A DNA stretch of 64,000 nucleotides, taken from NCBI GenBank assembly GCA_913055805.1, contig CAJXLF010000010.1, forward strand, positions 85,040 to 149,039. The letters are read 5' to 3'. Made by a program: the position numbers and the translations under genes. The number at the start of each line of letters is the position of its first letter. Positions within the stretch are counted from its first letter, which is position 1. Shown here in pieces: positions 26,970 through 39,500 of this stretch. Under the pieces are notes generated by a model that saw only the letters and a list, made by a program, of their open reading frames with translations, was not told the origin of the DNA and searched no databases. The DNA is from an uncultured Salinisphaerales bacterium (GTDB lineage Bacteria; Pseudomonadota; Gammaproteobacteria; Nevskiales; CAJXLF01).

Positions 26970-28634
26970 TTATTGCAAGCGTTTGTATTTTAGCCGGTGT
27001 GGTTGTTCGGCGTCCTTCCCCTTGCGCCGTTTCAGATCGGCTTCATAGTCCTGGTAGTTGCCTTCCATGTAGGTGATTTCACCGTCGTCTTCGAAAGCCA
27101 GGATATGCGTGGCCACACGATCCAGGAACCAGCGGTCATGTGAGATCACCATGACGCTGCCGGGGAAGTCCAGTACGGCTTCTTCCAGGGCGCGCAGCGT
27201 TTCGGTATCGAGATCGTTGGTAGGTTCGTCCAGCAGCAGAACATTGCCGCCGCTTTTCAGCAGCTTGGCCAGATGCAGACGGTTACGTTCACCGCCCGAC
27301 AGTTCGCCTACCCGCTTCTGCTGGTCCGAGCCCTTGAAATTGAAGCGGCCCAGATAAGCCCGGGAGGGGATTTCATAACCACCGACCTGGATAATGTCCT
27401 GGCCGTTGGAGACTTCTTCCCAGGCGGTTTTTTTGGCATCCAGCGCATCACGTGACTGATCGACATAGGCCAGTTGTACGGTGTCTCCGACTCGTAGTTC
27501 TCCACTTTCAGGCTTTTCCTGTCCGGCCAGCATTCTGAACAGGGTGGTCTTGCCGACACCATTGGGCCCGAGGATGCCGACGATGGCGCCACGCGGCACC
27601 TTGAAACTGAGGTTGTCGTAAAGCACGCGGTCTCCGTAGGACTTGCTGACCTTGTCCAGTTCGAACACCAGGTCGCCAAGTCGTGGTCCGGGCGGAATAT
27701 AGATTTCCTTGGTTTCCGAGCGCTTCTGGTAATCGGAAGAGGAAAGTTCCTCGAACTGTTTCAGGCGGGCCTTGCTCTTGGCCTGCCGACCCTTGGGATT
27801 GGCGCGCACCCACTCCAGTTCAGCCTGCATGGCCTTGCGGCGCGCTGCTTCGGTTTTTTCTTCCTGCTCCAGGCGTTTTTCCTTCTGCTCCAGCCAGGAG
27901 GAATAGTTGCCCTGCCAGGGGATGCCATGGCCGCGATCCAGTTCCAGAATCCAGCCAGCGACGTTGTCCAGGAAGTAGCGGTCATGGGTAACGGCGATCA
28001 CGGTGCCGGGAAATTCGGCCAGGAAACGTTCCAGCCAGGCCACGGATTCGGCGTCCAGATGGTTGGTGGGTTCGTCCAGCAGCAGCATGTCGGGCTTGGA
28101 CAGCAGCAGGCGGCACAGCGCCACGCGGCGGCGTTCACCGCCGGACAGTTTGGTTACATCCGCATCCCAGGGCGGCAGACGCAAGGCGTCGGCGGCGCGT
28201 TCCAGGGTGTTCTCGATGTTGTGCCCGTCGCCGGCCTGCACAATGGCTTCCAGGCGCGCCTGCTCGGCGGCCAGTTTTTCGAAATCGGCATCCGGATCGG
28301 AATAGGCGGCGTAAACCTTGTTCAGCGCTTCCTGCGCTTCTTTTATCTCGCCCAGGCCTTCCTCCACGTTGCCGCGCACGTCCTTGTTCGGGTCCAGCTG
28401 CGGTTCCTGTGGCAGATAGCCGATATTGATGCCGGGCATGGGCCGTGCTTCACCGCTGTATTCCTTTTCGACGCCAGCCATGATTTTCAGCAGCGTGGAC
28501 TTGCCCGCGCCGTTGTAACCCAGAACGCCGATCTTGGCGCCCGGGAAAAAGGACAGGGAAATGTCCCGCAGGATTTCGCGCTTGGGCGGCACAACCTTGC
28601 CCACCCGGTTCATGGTGTAGATGTATTGGCTCAT
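26970..28634 (-). CDS. ettA: energy-dependent translational throttle protein (ABC-F)
   Basis: [49 protein letters not shown] is a canonical EttA sequence. Two ABC cassettes are present. Confidence 0.95.
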   Translation of the reverse strand: MSQYIYTMNRVGKVVPPKREILRDISLSFFPGAKIGVLGYNGAGKSTLLKIMAGVEKEYSGEARPMPGINIGYLPQEPQLDPNKDVRGNVEEGLGEIKEAQEALNKVYAAYSDPDADFEKLAAEQARLEAIVQAGDGHNIENTLERAADALRLPPWDADVTKLSGGERRRVALCRLLLSKPDMLLLDEPTNHLDAESVAWLERFLAEFPGTVIAVTHDRYFLDNVAGWILELDRGHGIPWQGNYSSWLEQKEKRLEQEEKTEAARRKAMQAELEWVRANPKGRQAKSKARLKQFEELSSSDYQKRSETKEIYIPPGPRLGDLVFELDKVSKSYGDRVLYDNLSFKVPRGAIVGILGPNGVGKTTLFRMLAGQEKPESGELRVGDTVQLAYVDQSRDALDAKKTAWEEVSNGQDIIQVGGYEIPSRAYLGRFNFKGSDQQKRVGELSGGERNRLHLAKLLKSGGNVLLLDEPTNDLDTETLRALEEAVLDFPGSVMVISHDRWFLDRVATHILAFEDDGEITYMEGNYQDYEADLKRRKGKDAEQPHRLKYKRLQ

Positions 28635-28716
28635 GGAGTCGAGGATTCCGACTGTTGAAATGATGGGCGCGTATTATGCCACTGACAGATGCGTCATTTC
28701 TGCCAATGCTGGATAT

Positions 28717-28812
28717 GTCATTCCCGCGCCTGCGGAAAACCACAAGCATGGAAAGAGCGGAATCTGACTGGCATGGGATTCCGCATAACCGCTTTGCGGT
28801 TTCCGGAATGAG
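28717..28812. repeat. REP-like palindromic units of the GTCATTCC(C/G)G family
   Basis: GTCATTCCCGCGCCTGCGGAA (28717-28737) and GGGATTCCGCATAACCGCTTTGCGGTTTCCGGAATGAG (28775-12). Related cores occur at 12331, 54583 and 61535-61570. Confidence 0.5.
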
Positions 28813-28820
28813 CCAGGGGT

Positions 28821-30413
28821 TTACAGAATCGGGCTGTCTATTTCCAGGGCCTTTTCCGGGGCATCCAGTTCGCGGCGCACGGCTTCCGGATCGTCCACGC
28901 CTTCGGGCACCGGCAGGTCTTCTTCAGAGGTCATCCAGCGCAGAATGTCGTAATAGCTGCGGATATTGCCAACGTATTTGACCGCTTCACGGCCGCGTGC
29001 ATAACCGTACTTGGTGCGGCTGTACCAGCGCGATTGCATCAATAGAGGCAGATTTTCCCGGATATCCGGCCAGTGATTCGGGCTGCCGCCGCGTTGCAGG
29101 GTGATCTTGCGGATGTCGATAAGGTGGCCGTAGCCCAGGTTGTAGGTGGCCAGCGCCATCCAGGTGCGGTCGGGTTCCTCGATTTCCGGTGGCAGGCGGT
29201 CGATCAGTTCGCGCAGGTAGCGTGCGCCGCCCTCAATGCTTTGTACCGGGTCGAGCCGGTCGGGAATATTCAGGTAATTCGCGGTGGCGTTGGTGAGCAT
29301 CATCAGGCCGCGCACGCCCGTCGGGCTGGTCGCATAGGGATTCCAGTGCGATTCCTGATACCCCACCGCGGCGAGCAGGCGCCAATCCAGCCTGTTTTCC
29401 TCGGCATAACGCTTGAAGTGTTTCTGGTATAGCCCCAGCTTGTTGCGTACATCACGGGCCAGGGTAATGGCATCTACATAACCGAGATTGTCGACATGGC
29501 CGAAATGCCGGTCATAGATACGCGAATATTCCTCCGTGCTCTTGAAGGACAGCAGGAACTCGTCTGCCAGTGACTTCAGCCGCGGTTCGGTTTCCTGGGT
29601 ATAAGCCCAGGCCACCCATTGAGGTTCGCCAACGTCGAAAGCCACCTTCAGGTTCGGGTGATAGCGCTGGGTTATGCGAACCAGGCGGGCATCCGCCAGG
29701 GTGTAGTCGATTTCGCCGGTGGCAACGCGATGCAGCAGTTCCTCGTCATTGGCGAACTGGTTTTCCACCCAATTCAGATCAGGGTTGTCGCCGCTGGCCT
29801 GCGTCAGCAGTTCGGCGTAGCTGCTGTCCGGATTTACCTCAAGCAGATCGCGCGACAGGTCAGAAAGGGAATCGGGACGCGAGCCGCCCTGGCGATAGAC
29901 CAGCTGCGCGCTGGTCTTGACGATCGGCACGCTGAAAGTCAGTTGTTCGCCGCGCCTGGGTGTGATGATCACGCCCGCAGCGATCTGGCCTTCCCCCGCC
30001 TTGAGTTTCTTCAGGGCTTCGCCCGAGTTTTCAGCTAGGACGACCTCGATTTCCAGGCCATGCCGGTCCGCGAATATCTTGGCGAGGTCATACTGGAAGC
30101 CGGTAGGGCCTTCCGGACCCAGATAATAGGTAAGAGGGCCGTTCACCGTGATGATATGCAGGGTGTTGTCACGCTCGATCCGTTCCCACGGCGACATCGA
30201 GGGCGAGCAGGTGCCCACGATCAGCACCAGTCCAAGCACATACAGGGAGGTGGGCGCATAACTGCGCTCCCACAACAGCTTCAGCGCGCCGGCCACGCGT
30301 GGCCGGGCATAGGCATAGACCTGCCGGGAGCGCTGTATTACATCGCCAAACAGGCGTTTAGCCTCCGTGATCCATTTTTTTATCGAAGTTTTACTGGGAC
30401 TTTGTGTGCCCAT
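28821..30413 (-). CDS. mltF: membrane-bound lytic murein transglycosylase F
   Basis: N-terminal periplasmic-binding-protein-like domain plus a C-terminal SLT domain (AVGYQESHWNP...GVRGLMMLT). Confidence 0.85.
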   Translation of the reverse strand: MGTQSPSKTSIKKWITEAKRLFGDVIQRSRQVYAYARPRVAGALKLLWERSYAPTSLYVLGLVLIVGTCSPSMSPWERIERDNTLHIITVNGPLTYYLGPEGPTGFQYDLAKIFADRHGLEIEVVLAENSGEALKKLKAGEGQIAAGVIITPRRGEQLTFSVPIVKTSAQLVYRQGGSRPDSLSDLSRDLLEVNPDSSYAELLTQASGDNPDLNWVENQFANDEELLHRVATGEIDYTLADARLVRITQRYHPNLKVAFDVGEPQWVAWAYTQETEPRLKSLADEFLLSFKSTEEYSRIYDRHFGHVDNLGYVDAITLARDVRNKLGLYQKHFKRYAEENRLDWRLLAAVGYQESHWNPYATSPTGVRGLMMLTNATANYLNIPDRLDPVQSIEGGARYLRELIDRLPPEIEEPDRTWMALATYNLGYGHLIDIRKITLQRGGSPNHWPDIRENLPLLMQSRWYSRTKYGYARGREAVKYVGNIRSYYDILRWMTSEEDLPVPEGVDDPEAVRRELDAPEKALEIDSPIL

Positions 30414-30473
30414 CCTTTAAAATTCCCCGCTTCGCATGGCCGGACTATCGCATAGATAGACGTTCATTCGTAA

Positions 30474-30563
30474 GGAGAGGTGCCGGAGTGGTCGAACGGG
30501 GCGCACTCGAAATGCGTTGTACGTGCGAACGTACCGGGGGTTCGAATCCCTCCCTCTCCGCCA
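30474..30563 (+). tRNA. tRNA-Ser (anticodon CGA)
   Basis: Acceptor stem GGAGAGG/CCTCTCC, then G-CCA. Anticodon arm GCGCA-CTCGAAA-TGCGT. Long variable arm. T-loop GGTTCGAATCC. Confidence 0.9.
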
Positions 30564-30616
30564 TAATATTCTGTTCAGTATTGTAGTACGTGGATCATAG
30601 AGGACACGGCTCCCTC

Positions 30617-30952
30617 ATGGCTTCCAAAAAACGCATGTATCGCGTCAGCTTTATCCAGATGGGCAAGGTGTACGAGGTTTACGCCACCGGCGTCAGTCAG
30701 GGCGACCTCTACGGCTTTGTCATGATTGAAGGGCTCAAGTTCGGGGAAAACACCACCGTAGTGGTGGACCCGAGCGAAGAAAAACTCAAGGATGAATTCG
30801 CCAACGTGGAGCGTTTTCATGTGCCCATGCATGCAGTGCTGCGCATCGATGAAGTCAGCAAGCAGGGCGTGGCGAAAGTCTCCGAAGCCGGCGATTCCGG
30901 TTCTTCCAAGGTGACGCCCTTTCCCATTTATACGCCGGGTGACAGATCCTGA
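30617..30952 (+). CDS. DUF1820 family protein
   Basis: MYRVSFIQMGKVYEVYA...FHVPMHAVLRIDEV resembles DUF1820. The start is set at the internal Met. Confidence 0.6.
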   Translation: MASKKRMYRVSFIQMGKVYEVYATGVSQGDLYGFVMIEGLKFGENTTVVVDPSEEKLKDEFANVERFHVPMHAVLRIDEVSKQGVAKVSEAGDSGSSKVTPFPIYTPGDRS

Positions 30953-31005
30953 GTGGTCTGCGCTTCGCCTACCTGGGCAGCGGCAGCCGTGGTAATGCGG
31001 CGCTG

Positions 31006-31719
31006 GTGTCTGCGGGCGACGAGGTATTGATGATTGACTGCGGCTTTTCGGCTGCAGAAACCACGAAAAGGTTGTCCCGGCTGAATGTGGAGCCCGAGCG
31101 CATCACGGCCATCCTGGTGACCCATGAGCATGGCGATCATCTCAACGGTGTGGCGCGCCTGGCGCGACGTTACAAACTGCCAGTGTGGATGACACGCGGT
31201 ACCTACAGGGTCTGGAAGGACACGAACGTGCCCGAGGTGGAGTTTTTCCATGCCCATGAATCTTTCGAGATTGCCGGCATTCGCGTCAGCCCCTACCCGG
31301 TGCCGCATGATGCCTGCGAACCCTGCCAGTTTGTTTTTGAATATAACGGGCGTCGCATCGGGGTGTTGTCGGATGTGGGCACTGTGACGCCGCATATCTG
31401 TGAGCAGCTGAACCAATGTCATGCACTGCTGCTGGAATGCAATCATGATCCCGAGATGTTGCGTACCGGTCCTTATGCGCCGGCCCTGAAGGCCAGGGTG
31501 GCAGGTCCGCTGGGACATCTGAGTAATCAGCAGTCCGCAGAATTGATCGGTAACATTGACACCTCTTTGCTGCAGCACCTGGTGATTGCGCATGTCAGTG
31601 AAACCAACAACACTGCCGAGCTGGCGCGCCGGGCAGTGGTGGAAGCGCTGGGACATGATCCCGAATGGCTGCGGGTTGCACCGCAGGACGAAGTGATGGA
31701 CTGGAAGGAGATTCTCTGA
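31006..31719 (+). CDS. MBL-fold metallo-hydrolase; true N-terminus probably upstream at a non-canonical start
   Basis: [11 protein letters not shown] motif. The same frame upstream of 31006 reads [21 protein letters not shown], the conserved family N-terminus. That stretch contains no ATG/GTG/TTG after the stop at 30940-30942. Confidence 0.75.
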   Translation: MSAGDEVLMIDCGFSAAETTKRLSRLNVEPERITAILVTHEHGDHLNGVARLARRYKLPVWMTRGTYRVWKDTNVPEVEFFHAHESFEIAGIRVSPYPVPHDACEPCQFVFEYNGRRIGVLSDVGTVTPHICEQLNQCHALLLECNHDPEMLRTGPYAPALKARVAGPLGHLSNQQSAELIGNIDTSLLQHLVIAHVSETNNTAELARRAVVEALGHDPEWLRVAPQDEVMDWKEIL

Positions 31720-31720
31720 G

Positions 31721-34700
31721 ATGTCGCGCAGTGAATTTGTCACCACGCTCTATGGCGGCGAAGCCATGTCCCGTTTCCGGCTGGTCTGTCTGTACGGGGA
31801 TCTGGTGGATCACTGCCCGGAACTCAGTGAGCTCAAGGGGCAGCATTTTTATCTGGCCAGCTGGCGCAAGGCGCCCAGTCAGCTCGACCTGGAACGTCTG
31901 GAAAGCCTGCTCGGCGATGTGCGTGAAATCGATACTGGTGGGGAAGAGTCAGCGGCCATCTACGTCGTGCCCCGGCTGGGTACATTGTCGCCCTGGTCAA
32001 GCAAGGCCACCGATATCGCCCGCGTCTGCGAACTGGACAATCTGATTCGCGTCGAGCGCGGCACGCTGTTTACCCTGCTCGGCATCAGCAGCCTAGGCGA
32101 TGAACAGAAAGCCGTCATGCTGCCGCTACTGTACGACCCCATGACGCAAACCGTGTTGTTCAGTGAAGCCGAGACCCGCACAGTCTTTGATAGTCCGGAA
32201 GCCCGCGGTCTGCGTCATGTCGATGTGCTGGCTCACGGACGTGATGCACTGATCAAGGCCAACATGGATTGGGGCCTGGCGCTGTCCGATCAGGAAATCG
32301 ATTACCTGGTGGAGAATTATCAGAAGCTGGGGCGCAACCCCAGCGATGCCGAGCTGATGATGTTCGCGCAGATCAATTCCGAGCACTGCCGGCACAAGAT
32401 TTTTAACGCTTCCTGGACCATTGATGGCGAGGCCAAACCGCATTCGCTGTTCGAAATGATCCGCATGACGCATGCCGCAAGCCCCGAGGGTGTGCTGTCC
32501 GCCTACAAGGACAATGCTTCGGTCATCGAGGGGGCGGCCACGGATGCATCACCCGGCACACGTTTCTTCACCAATGCTCACAAGGTGTACGAGCCGGTCA
32601 GGGAAGCCGTACCCATTCTGATGAAGGTGGAAACCCATAACCACCCGACGGCGATTGAGCCCTATTCGGGAGCGGCCACAGGGGCAGGTGGTGAAATCCG
32701 TGATGAAGCAGCTACCGGCCGTGGCGGCAAGCCCAAGGCCGGGCTGTGCGGGTTCTCGGTTTCCAACCTCAAGTTACCGGACTACATCCAGCCCTGGGAA
32801 AAGGACTTTGGCAAGCCGTCACACATTGCCAGTGCACTGGACATCATGATCGATGGCCCGATAGGTGCGGCTGCCTTCAATAATGAATTCGGCAGACCGA
32901 ATCTGGCGGGCTATTTCCGCAGCCTGGAAATCGCCATGCCCGGTCCTGACGGCGAGGAAGAATTACGCGGCTACCACAAGCCCATCATGATCGCGGGCGG
33001 TATGGGTAATGTCCGTCCCGGGCATGTGCAGAAACAGGAAGTGGCCGCGCATACCTCTCTGGTAGTGCTGGGTGGGCCGGCCATGCTGATCGGCCTGGGA
33101 GGCGGCGCCGCTTCTTCCATGTCGGCCGGCGCCAGCAGTGAAGATCTGGACTTTGCCTCCGTGCAGCGTGCCAACGCCGAAATGGAGCGCCGCTGTCAGG
33201 AAGTCATCGACTGCTGCTGGGCGCTGGGCGAGGAAAATCCCATTCTTTCGGTACATGATGTGGGCGCCGGCGGTCTGTCCAATGCATTGCCTGAAATCAT
33301 TGACGCCGATGACCGGGGCGGGCGCATACGGCTGCGTGATATTCATGTGGCAGATGCCAGTCTGTCCCCCATGGAAATCTGGTGTAACGAATCGCAGGAA
33401 CGCTATGTGCTGGCGATTGCGCCGGACGAAATGGAAGCCTTCGAGGCGGCATGCAAACGCGAACGCTGTCCTTATGCAATCGTGGGCGAGGCCACGGCGC
33501 AGCGGCAGCTCATCGTCGAGGACGAAAACAATGCGGTTGTTGATATGCCCATGCAGGTGCTACTGGGCAAGACGCCAGCCATGCACCGGGATGTCAAACA
33601 TGCGCAGCGTCCCGCCACGGCCTTCAGGACAGATACTGTTGATATTGTTGATGCTGCGCGCCGGGTGATCAGCCTGCCCTCCGTGGCCAACAAGAATTTC
33701 CTCATCACGATCGGCGACCGCTCGGTGGGCGGGCAGGTATGCCGCGATCAGATGGTCGGCCCCTGGCAGGTGCCGGTCAGTGATGTGGCGGTGACTTCCA
33801 GCGGTTTCACCGGCATCACCGGCGAAGCCATGGCCATGGGCGAACGCACGCCTGTGGCGCTGCTGGATGCTCCGGCATCCGGCCGCATGGCCGTGGGCGA
33901 GGCGATCACCAATATTGCCGCGGCGGCAGTTGGCAAGCTGTCGGATATCCGTATGTCGGCCAACTGGATGGCGGCAGCCGGTCACGCTGGTGAGGACGCG
34001 GCGCTGTACGACACCGTGGAAGCCGTAGGCAAGGAACTCTGCCCCGAGCTGGGTATTGCCATTCCGGTAGGCAAGGATTCCCTGTCCATGAAAACCGTCT
34101 GGCAGCAGGGCAATCAGGAGCGGGCCATGACGTCGCCCCTGTCCCTGATCATTTCCGCCTTCGCGCCGGTCAACGATGTGCGCGATACTCTGACGCCACA
34201 GCTGCGAACGGCGTTCGGACAGACCGACCTTATCTTCATAGACCTGGGTAACGGCAAGAATCGCCTGGGCGGATCGGCCCTGTGTCAGGTTTATAACCAG
34301 ATGGGTGATGTGCCGCCCGACCTGGATGATCCGGCCCAGATCAAGCGCTTCTTTGACGCTATTCAGGCGCTAAACAAGGATGGCCTGATCAGCGCCTACC
34401 ACGACCGTTCCGACGGTGGTCTTTTCGCTACGTTGTGCGAAATGGCTTTTGCCGGCCGCTGCGGTTTCGATGTGCGGCTGGATGCTCTGGGCGATGACCC
34501 GGTTGCCGCGCTGTTCAACGAAGAGCTGGGCGCAGTGATCCAGGTGCGCAGCGAGGACACGGATCAGGTGCTGGAGTATCTGTCCGGTGTGAACCTGAGC
34601 GCCAATGTCATTGGTCAGCCCAACAGCGATCAGCGCCTCAGCTTCTGGCGTGGTGGCACGGTAATCTTTGCCGATAACCGCGCCAACCTGCAGCGTGAAT

Positions 34701-35632
34701 GGTCGCAGGTGAGTTATCGCATCCAGAAACTGCGCGATGAACCGGGTTGCGCCCGCCAGGAGTTCGACAGCATCGTCGATGCCAACGACCCGGGTATCAA
34801 CGTCAATCTCACTTTCGACCACAACGAAGATATCAGTGCGCCATTCCTGAATCTGGCTCGCCCGCGGGTCGCCATCCTGCGCGAGCAGGGTGTCAACGGG
34901 CACGTGGAAATGGCCTGGGCATTTCATCGCAACGGTTTCGAAGCGGTAGATGTGCACATGAGCGACCTGCTTAACGGCCACGTGACACTGGACGATTTCC
35001 GCGGTCTGGTCGCCTGTGGTGGCTTCTCTTACGGTGACGTGCTCGGCGCCGGCCGTGGCTGGGCCAATTCCGTGCTGCTGCACAGCGAAGCGCGTGATCA
35101 GTTCGCCCGTTTCTTTGCCAATGAAGAGCGCTTTGCACTGGGTGTCTGTAATGGTTGTCAGATGCTGTCCGCCTTGCGCGAGATTATTCCCGGCACTGAA
35201 GACTGGCCCGATTTCCGCCGTAACCGCTCCGAACAGTTCGAGGCGCGCTTCAGTCTGGTGGAAGTGCAGGACAGCCCCTCCATCCTCCTCAAGGGCATGA
35301 CCGGCTCGCGCCTGCCGATTGCCGTGGCACACGGCGAGGGCAGGGCGGTATTCGGCACGGACGACGAACAACGCAATCTGGAATCCAGCCGGCGCGTGGC
35401 GCTGCGTTATGTGGACAATTACGGCGCAGTGACCATGCACTACCCCAACAACCCGAATGGTTCACCAGGCGGCATTACCGGCATTTGTAACAAGGATGGT
35501 CGCGTTACGGCCATGATGCCGCACCCTGAACGCGTGATCCGCTCGGTGACCAACTCCTGGAAGCCGGATGACTGGGGCGAGGACGCGCCCTGGCTGCGCC
35601 TGTTCGGCAACGCCCGTAAATGGGTGGGCTAG
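31721..35632 (+). CDS. purL: phosphoribosylformylglycinamidine synthase (large single-chain form)
   Basis: 1303 aa. Motifs [25 protein letters not shown] and the glutaminase-domain GVCNGCQM. Confidence 0.95.
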   Translation: MSRSEFVTTLYGGEAMSRFRLVCLYGDLVDHCPELSELKGQHFYLASWRKAPSQLDLERLESLLGDVREIDTGGEESAAIYVVPRLGTLSPWSSKATDIARVCELDNLIRVERGTLFTLLGISSLGDEQKAVMLPLLYDPMTQTVLFSEAETRTVFDSPEARGLRHVDVLAHGRDALIKANMDWGLALSDQEIDYLVENYQKLGRNPSDAELMMFAQINSEHCRHKIFNASWTIDGEAKPHSLFEMIRMTHAASPEGVLSAYKDNASVIEGAATDASPGTRFFTNAHKVYEPVREAVPILMKVETHNHPTAIEPYSGAATGAGGEIRDEAATGRGGKPKAGLCGFSVSNLKLPDYIQPWEKDFGKPSHIASALDIMIDGPIGAAAFNNEFGRPNLAGYFRSLEIAMPGPDGEEELRGYHKPIMIAGGMGNVRPGHVQKQEVAAHTSLVVLGGPAMLIGLGGGAASSMSAGASSEDLDFASVQRANAEMERRCQEVIDCCWALGEENPILSVHDVGAGGLSNALPEIIDADDRGGRIRLRDIHVADASLSPMEIWCNESQERYVLAIAPDEMEAFEAACKRERCPYAIVGEATAQRQLIVEDENNAVVDMPMQVLLGKTPAMHRDVKHAQRPATAFRTDTVDIVDAARRVISLPSVANKNFLITIGDRSVGGQVCRDQMVGPWQVPVSDVAVTSSGFTGITGEAMAMGERTPVALLDAPASGRMAVGEAITNIAAAAVGKLSDIRMSANWMAAAGHAGEDAALYDTVEAVGKELCPELGIAIPVGKDSLSMKTVWQQGNQERAMTSPLSLIISAFAPVNDVRDTLTPQLRTAFGQTDLIFIDLGNGKNRLGGSALCQVYNQMGDVPPDLDDPAQIKRFFDAIQALNKDGLISAYHDRSDGGLFATLCEMAFAGRCGFDVRLDALGDDPVAALFNEELGAVIQVRSEDTDQVLEYLSGVNLSANVIGQPNSDQRLSFWRGGTVIFADNRANLQREWSQVSYRIQKLRDEPGCARQEFDSIVDANDPGINVNLTFDHNEDISAPFLNLARPRVAILREQGVNGHVEMAWAFHRNGFEAVDVHMSDLLNGHVTLDDFRGLVACGGFSYGDVLGAGRGWANSVLLHSEARDQFARFFANEERFALGVCNGCQMLSALREIIPGTEDWPDFRRNRSEQFEARFSLVEVQDSPSILLKGMTGSRLPIAVAHGEGRAVFGTDDEQRNLESSRRVALRYVDNYGAVTMHYPNNPNGSPGGITGICNKDGRVTAMMPHPERVIRSVTNSWKPDDWGEDAPWLRLFGNARKWVG

Positions 35633-35709
35633 CCCCTTCAGACGATTCTTAATCTAGATGGGATGCTAAACTAGCTGGCCGTTCAGGGGATCAGGACTCG
35701 ATCAGACAG

Positions 35710-36366
35710 ATGCTCAAGCTCTACACCTATTACCAAAGTGTTGCCGCGCACCGCGTGCGCATTGCTCTCAATTACAAGGGTGCGCCTTATCAGTCGATTT
35801 TTATCGACATGGATCATAGTGAGCACCTGGGCGAGCAGTATCTGCATCTCAACCCCGAGGGCCTGGTTCCGGCCCTGATCGTCAACGACGATCTGGTTAT
35901 TACCCAGTCCTCCGCCATTCTCGAATACATCGAGGAGCGTTACCCCGAGCGTCCGTTGTTGCCGCAGGATCGCGAATTGCGCGGCCGCATCCGTTCCCTG
36001 GCCCAGCTTTTCATCGCCGACATGCAGCCCATGAACGTCATGCGCGTGTACAAGTACATGCAGGACGAAATGGGCGTGGACTACGACAAGCGCCGCGCCT
36101 GGTACGAGCACTGGATGAGCTTCGGTTTCAAGGCGGTTGAATCCCTGCTGGCCAACAAGGACGATACCGGCGCTTTCTGTTTTGGCGACAAGCCGACCCT
36201 GGCGGACGTTTGCCTGGTACCGCAGGTGTGGAATGCCAGCAAGTACGGCATTGATCTCTCCGCGTACCCGACCGTGCGGCGCATCTACCGTACGTGCCAG
36301 ACACTCAGTGCTTTCCAGGCTGGTGCGCCGGAAACCCAGGCCGACCTGCTCGCTCAGTCCAGTTAA
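35710..36366 (+). CDS. maiA: maleylacetoacetate isomerase (zeta-class GST)
   Basis: MLKLYTYYQSVAAHRVRIALNYKG...NPEGLVPAL is the zeta GST pattern. Confidence 0.8.
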   Translation: MLKLYTYYQSVAAHRVRIALNYKGAPYQSIFIDMDHSEHLGEQYLHLNPEGLVPALIVNDDLVITQSSAILEYIEERYPERPLLPQDRELRGRIRSLAQLFIADMQPMNVMRVYKYMQDEMGVDYDKRRAWYEHWMSFGFKAVESLLANKDDTGAFCFGDKPTLADVCLVPQVWNASKYGIDLSAYPTVRRIYRTCQTLSAFQAGAPETQADLLAQSS

Positions 36367-36510
36367 ACCCTGCTGACGCCAATACGTCACATTCCCTGCC
36401 GATACTTTGCTGCCGCGGCTTGCCCGCAGGCGGCATTGTCGTATGCTGTGTATCAGGAGACGAATACAAAGCCAACGAGGGTCTTTTGACGGGCCCTAAA
36501 GAGGGGGCGC

Positions 36511-39500
36511 ATGCCGGCGGACCTGGAAGAGCAAAAACAGTACTCAAGGCTCATTACCGCATTGCTCAGGCGGGCGAAGGCGCTCAAGGCGGTGCCGGAC
36601 TCAAAGGCCTTTCGCGAATTTCTGGGTCTTTACTACGCCACTGCAACTTTCGATGATCTGAAGTCGTTCAGCGAAGACGAGCTTGTTCTGATGGCCAGCC
36701 GGCATTGGAAGCTGGCAGTGCAGCGCAAACGTGGCGAGCATCGGGTTGAGGTCTTCCGGCCAGACAGCAATCAGGACGGCTGGAGTGGCCCGCGCAGCGT
36801 CATTATTACCGCCACCGATGATATGCCGTTTCTGGTCGATTCCATTTCCCAGGCTGTGCATGAATTCTCCGCGGGTATCGATTTCCTGATTCATCCGGTG
36901 CTCGACGTCCGCAGAGACAAGCAGCACCGCGCCATGAATGTCGGCAAGCATGGTGAACTGGGCGGGGATTACGCGGAATCACTGATCCACATGCAGGTCG
37001 ACAGTCTGTCCGACGCCCAGACCAGGGAGCTGCAGGAAAGGTTGGAAGCGCTGTTCGTCGACCTGGATGCCGTGGTCGATGACTGGCGGCAGATGAGCCA
37101 GAAGGCGCGTTCCATCATTGATGAACTCGAGGGTCTGCCTTTCAGCGTGGATCGCGTTCAGATCACCGAAGCCCAGGCTTTTATGCAGTGGCTGGTGGAT
37201 CATCGCTTTACCTTCCTCGGCTATTGCCAGCGTACCCTGCGCAAACGCGGCGGGCGGGAAAGTTATGTCACGGACAAGGACACGGGGCTGGGCTTGTTGC
37301 GTGATGCATTACCCAAGCGTGACCCTGAAGGCTATGTGGCGCCGGCTGCGGAGCTCGACAAGTACGCACGGTCGTCGCGCATCCTGGTGATTTCGCGTGG
37401 CAACACCCGCTCCTGGATTCATCATCCGGAATACATGGATGTGATTTCCGTGAAGCGTTTCGATGCGGATGGCAGGGTCTGCGGGCTGCACCGTTTCATC
37501 GGCCTGTTTGCCATGGAAGCCTATGCCGCCAGTCCGCGCATGATTCCGGTTCTGCGGCGCAAGATCGGCGCGGTCATGGACATGGCGCAACTGCGCCCGA
37601 ACAGTCACGCCGCCAAGAACTTCAGCCAGACGCTGGAAACCCTGCCGCGCGATGAGCTGTTCCAGAGTTCCGAGGAAGAATTGCTCGAAGCCGTTACCGG
37701 CATTCTGGGTATGCGCGACAACCAGCGCCTCAAACTTTTCATCCGTCCTGATCGTTACCGGCGCTACTACGCCTGTCTGGTCTACATGTCGCGCGAAAAC
37801 TATTCGCGTGAAGCCCGGCAGCGCATCAGCGAACAATTGTGTGAGTCACTGGACGGCGAATCTCCGGAAACCAGTACCGAATTCCTGCGCCGGGGTATGG
37901 CGCGCATTTACTACATTATTCACGCCAAGCCGAACAAGCGCGCCGAAGAGATTCCCGATGAAAAGGAAATCGAGCAGCGGCTGCTGGAAGTCACCCGTAC
38001 CTGGCGTGATGAATATTTCGATGAACTGTTCGCCCTGCAGGAAGAGTCGGTGGCGATTCGCGCCTGGAACGAGCTGCGCGACCGCCTGCCCAACGCCTAC
38101 ACCACCACGGTAACGCCGGCCACGGCGGCTTTCGATGCCGGCATACTGATGGGGCTGGATCACGACAATGACATCGCCTTGCATCTGGTTCCCGAAGGCG
38201 AGCGCTTGTTCATGCTGCGGGTCTACACCTTCGCCTACACCATCGCCTTGTCTGACCTGCTGCCCACACTGGAAAACTTCGGCCTGAGGGTGCTCAACCA
38301 GCAGCCCTACATGCTGCAAACCTGCAATGGTTTTTACGAGTTGCAGGAACTGGAACTTGAGTGGCTGGGTTACAGCGAGCAGGACGAGGATGCCCTGTGC
38401 AATCGCTTCGAAAAAGCTTTCCTCAAAACCTGGGCCGGCGAGGTGGAAAACGATGGGTTCAACCGGCTGGTGCTGTCAGCCGGGCTGGACTGGCGCCAGA
38501 CCGCCATGTTGCGCGCCGTATGCAAGTACCTGCTGCAAACCGGCCTGCCGTTCAGTCAGGCCTACATGGAACAGTTGCTGGCAGATCACGCTGACATTAC
38601 CCGTCAACTCTTCAGTCTGTTCCAGACCCGCTTTGCCCTGGATGACAGCAGCAAGCCGGCGGCGCGCGAAAAGGCCGTTGAAAAACAGGTGCAGGCGTTG
38701 CAGTCAGCCCTGGATTCCGTCGCCAGTCTGGACGCAGACCGCGTATTGCGTGCCTTCCTGGGTGTCGTGCAGGCCACCGTGCGCACCAACTACTACCAGC
38801 ATCTGGAGGACGGCCCCAAGCCCTGGATCAGCCTGAAAATAGCTTCGGCACAGGTGCCGGAACTGCCCGAACCACGGCCGCTGTATGAAACCTTCGTGTA
38901 TTCGCCGGATGTGGAAGGTATACACCTGCGTGGTGGCATGGTGGCGCGTGGCGGTCTGCGCTGGTCGGATCGGCGTGAGGACTTCCGTACCGAAGTACTG
39001 GGCCTGATGAAAGCCCAGATGGTGAAAAACACCGTTATCGTGCCAGTCGGGGCTAAAGGCGGTTTCGTGGTCAAACGCGGGCCGGCGCCCTCCGACCGGC
39101 AGGCCTGGATGGCCAACGGCATCGAGTGCTACAAGACCTTTATCCGGGGGTTGCTGGACATCACCGACAATATCAGTGGCGGCGAAATCATCCCGCCACG
39201 CGATGTGCTGCGCCATGATGGCGATGATCCTTACCTGGTGGTGGCAGCGGACAAGGGCACAGCCAGCTTTTCGGATATCGCCAACAGTGTGTCAGAAGAA
39301 TACGGCCACTGGCTGGGTGATGCTTTCGCCTCTGGCGGCTCGGCCGGTTATGACCACAAGAAGATGGGCATTACTGCGCGGGGCGCCTGGGAATGTGTGA
39401 AGCGCCACTTTCGCGAAGTCGGAAAAGACATCCAGAAAGAAGACTTTACCGTTGTCGGTATCGGCGACATGGCGGGCGATGTGTTTGGCAACGGTATGCT

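Noticed and set aside
30474-30563. tRNA-Ser as an integration hotspot for a genomic island
   Set aside because: Both flanks are ordinary core genes (mltF; DUF1820/MBL/purL). No integrase was found, and I did not notice a duplicated tRNA 3' end downstream.
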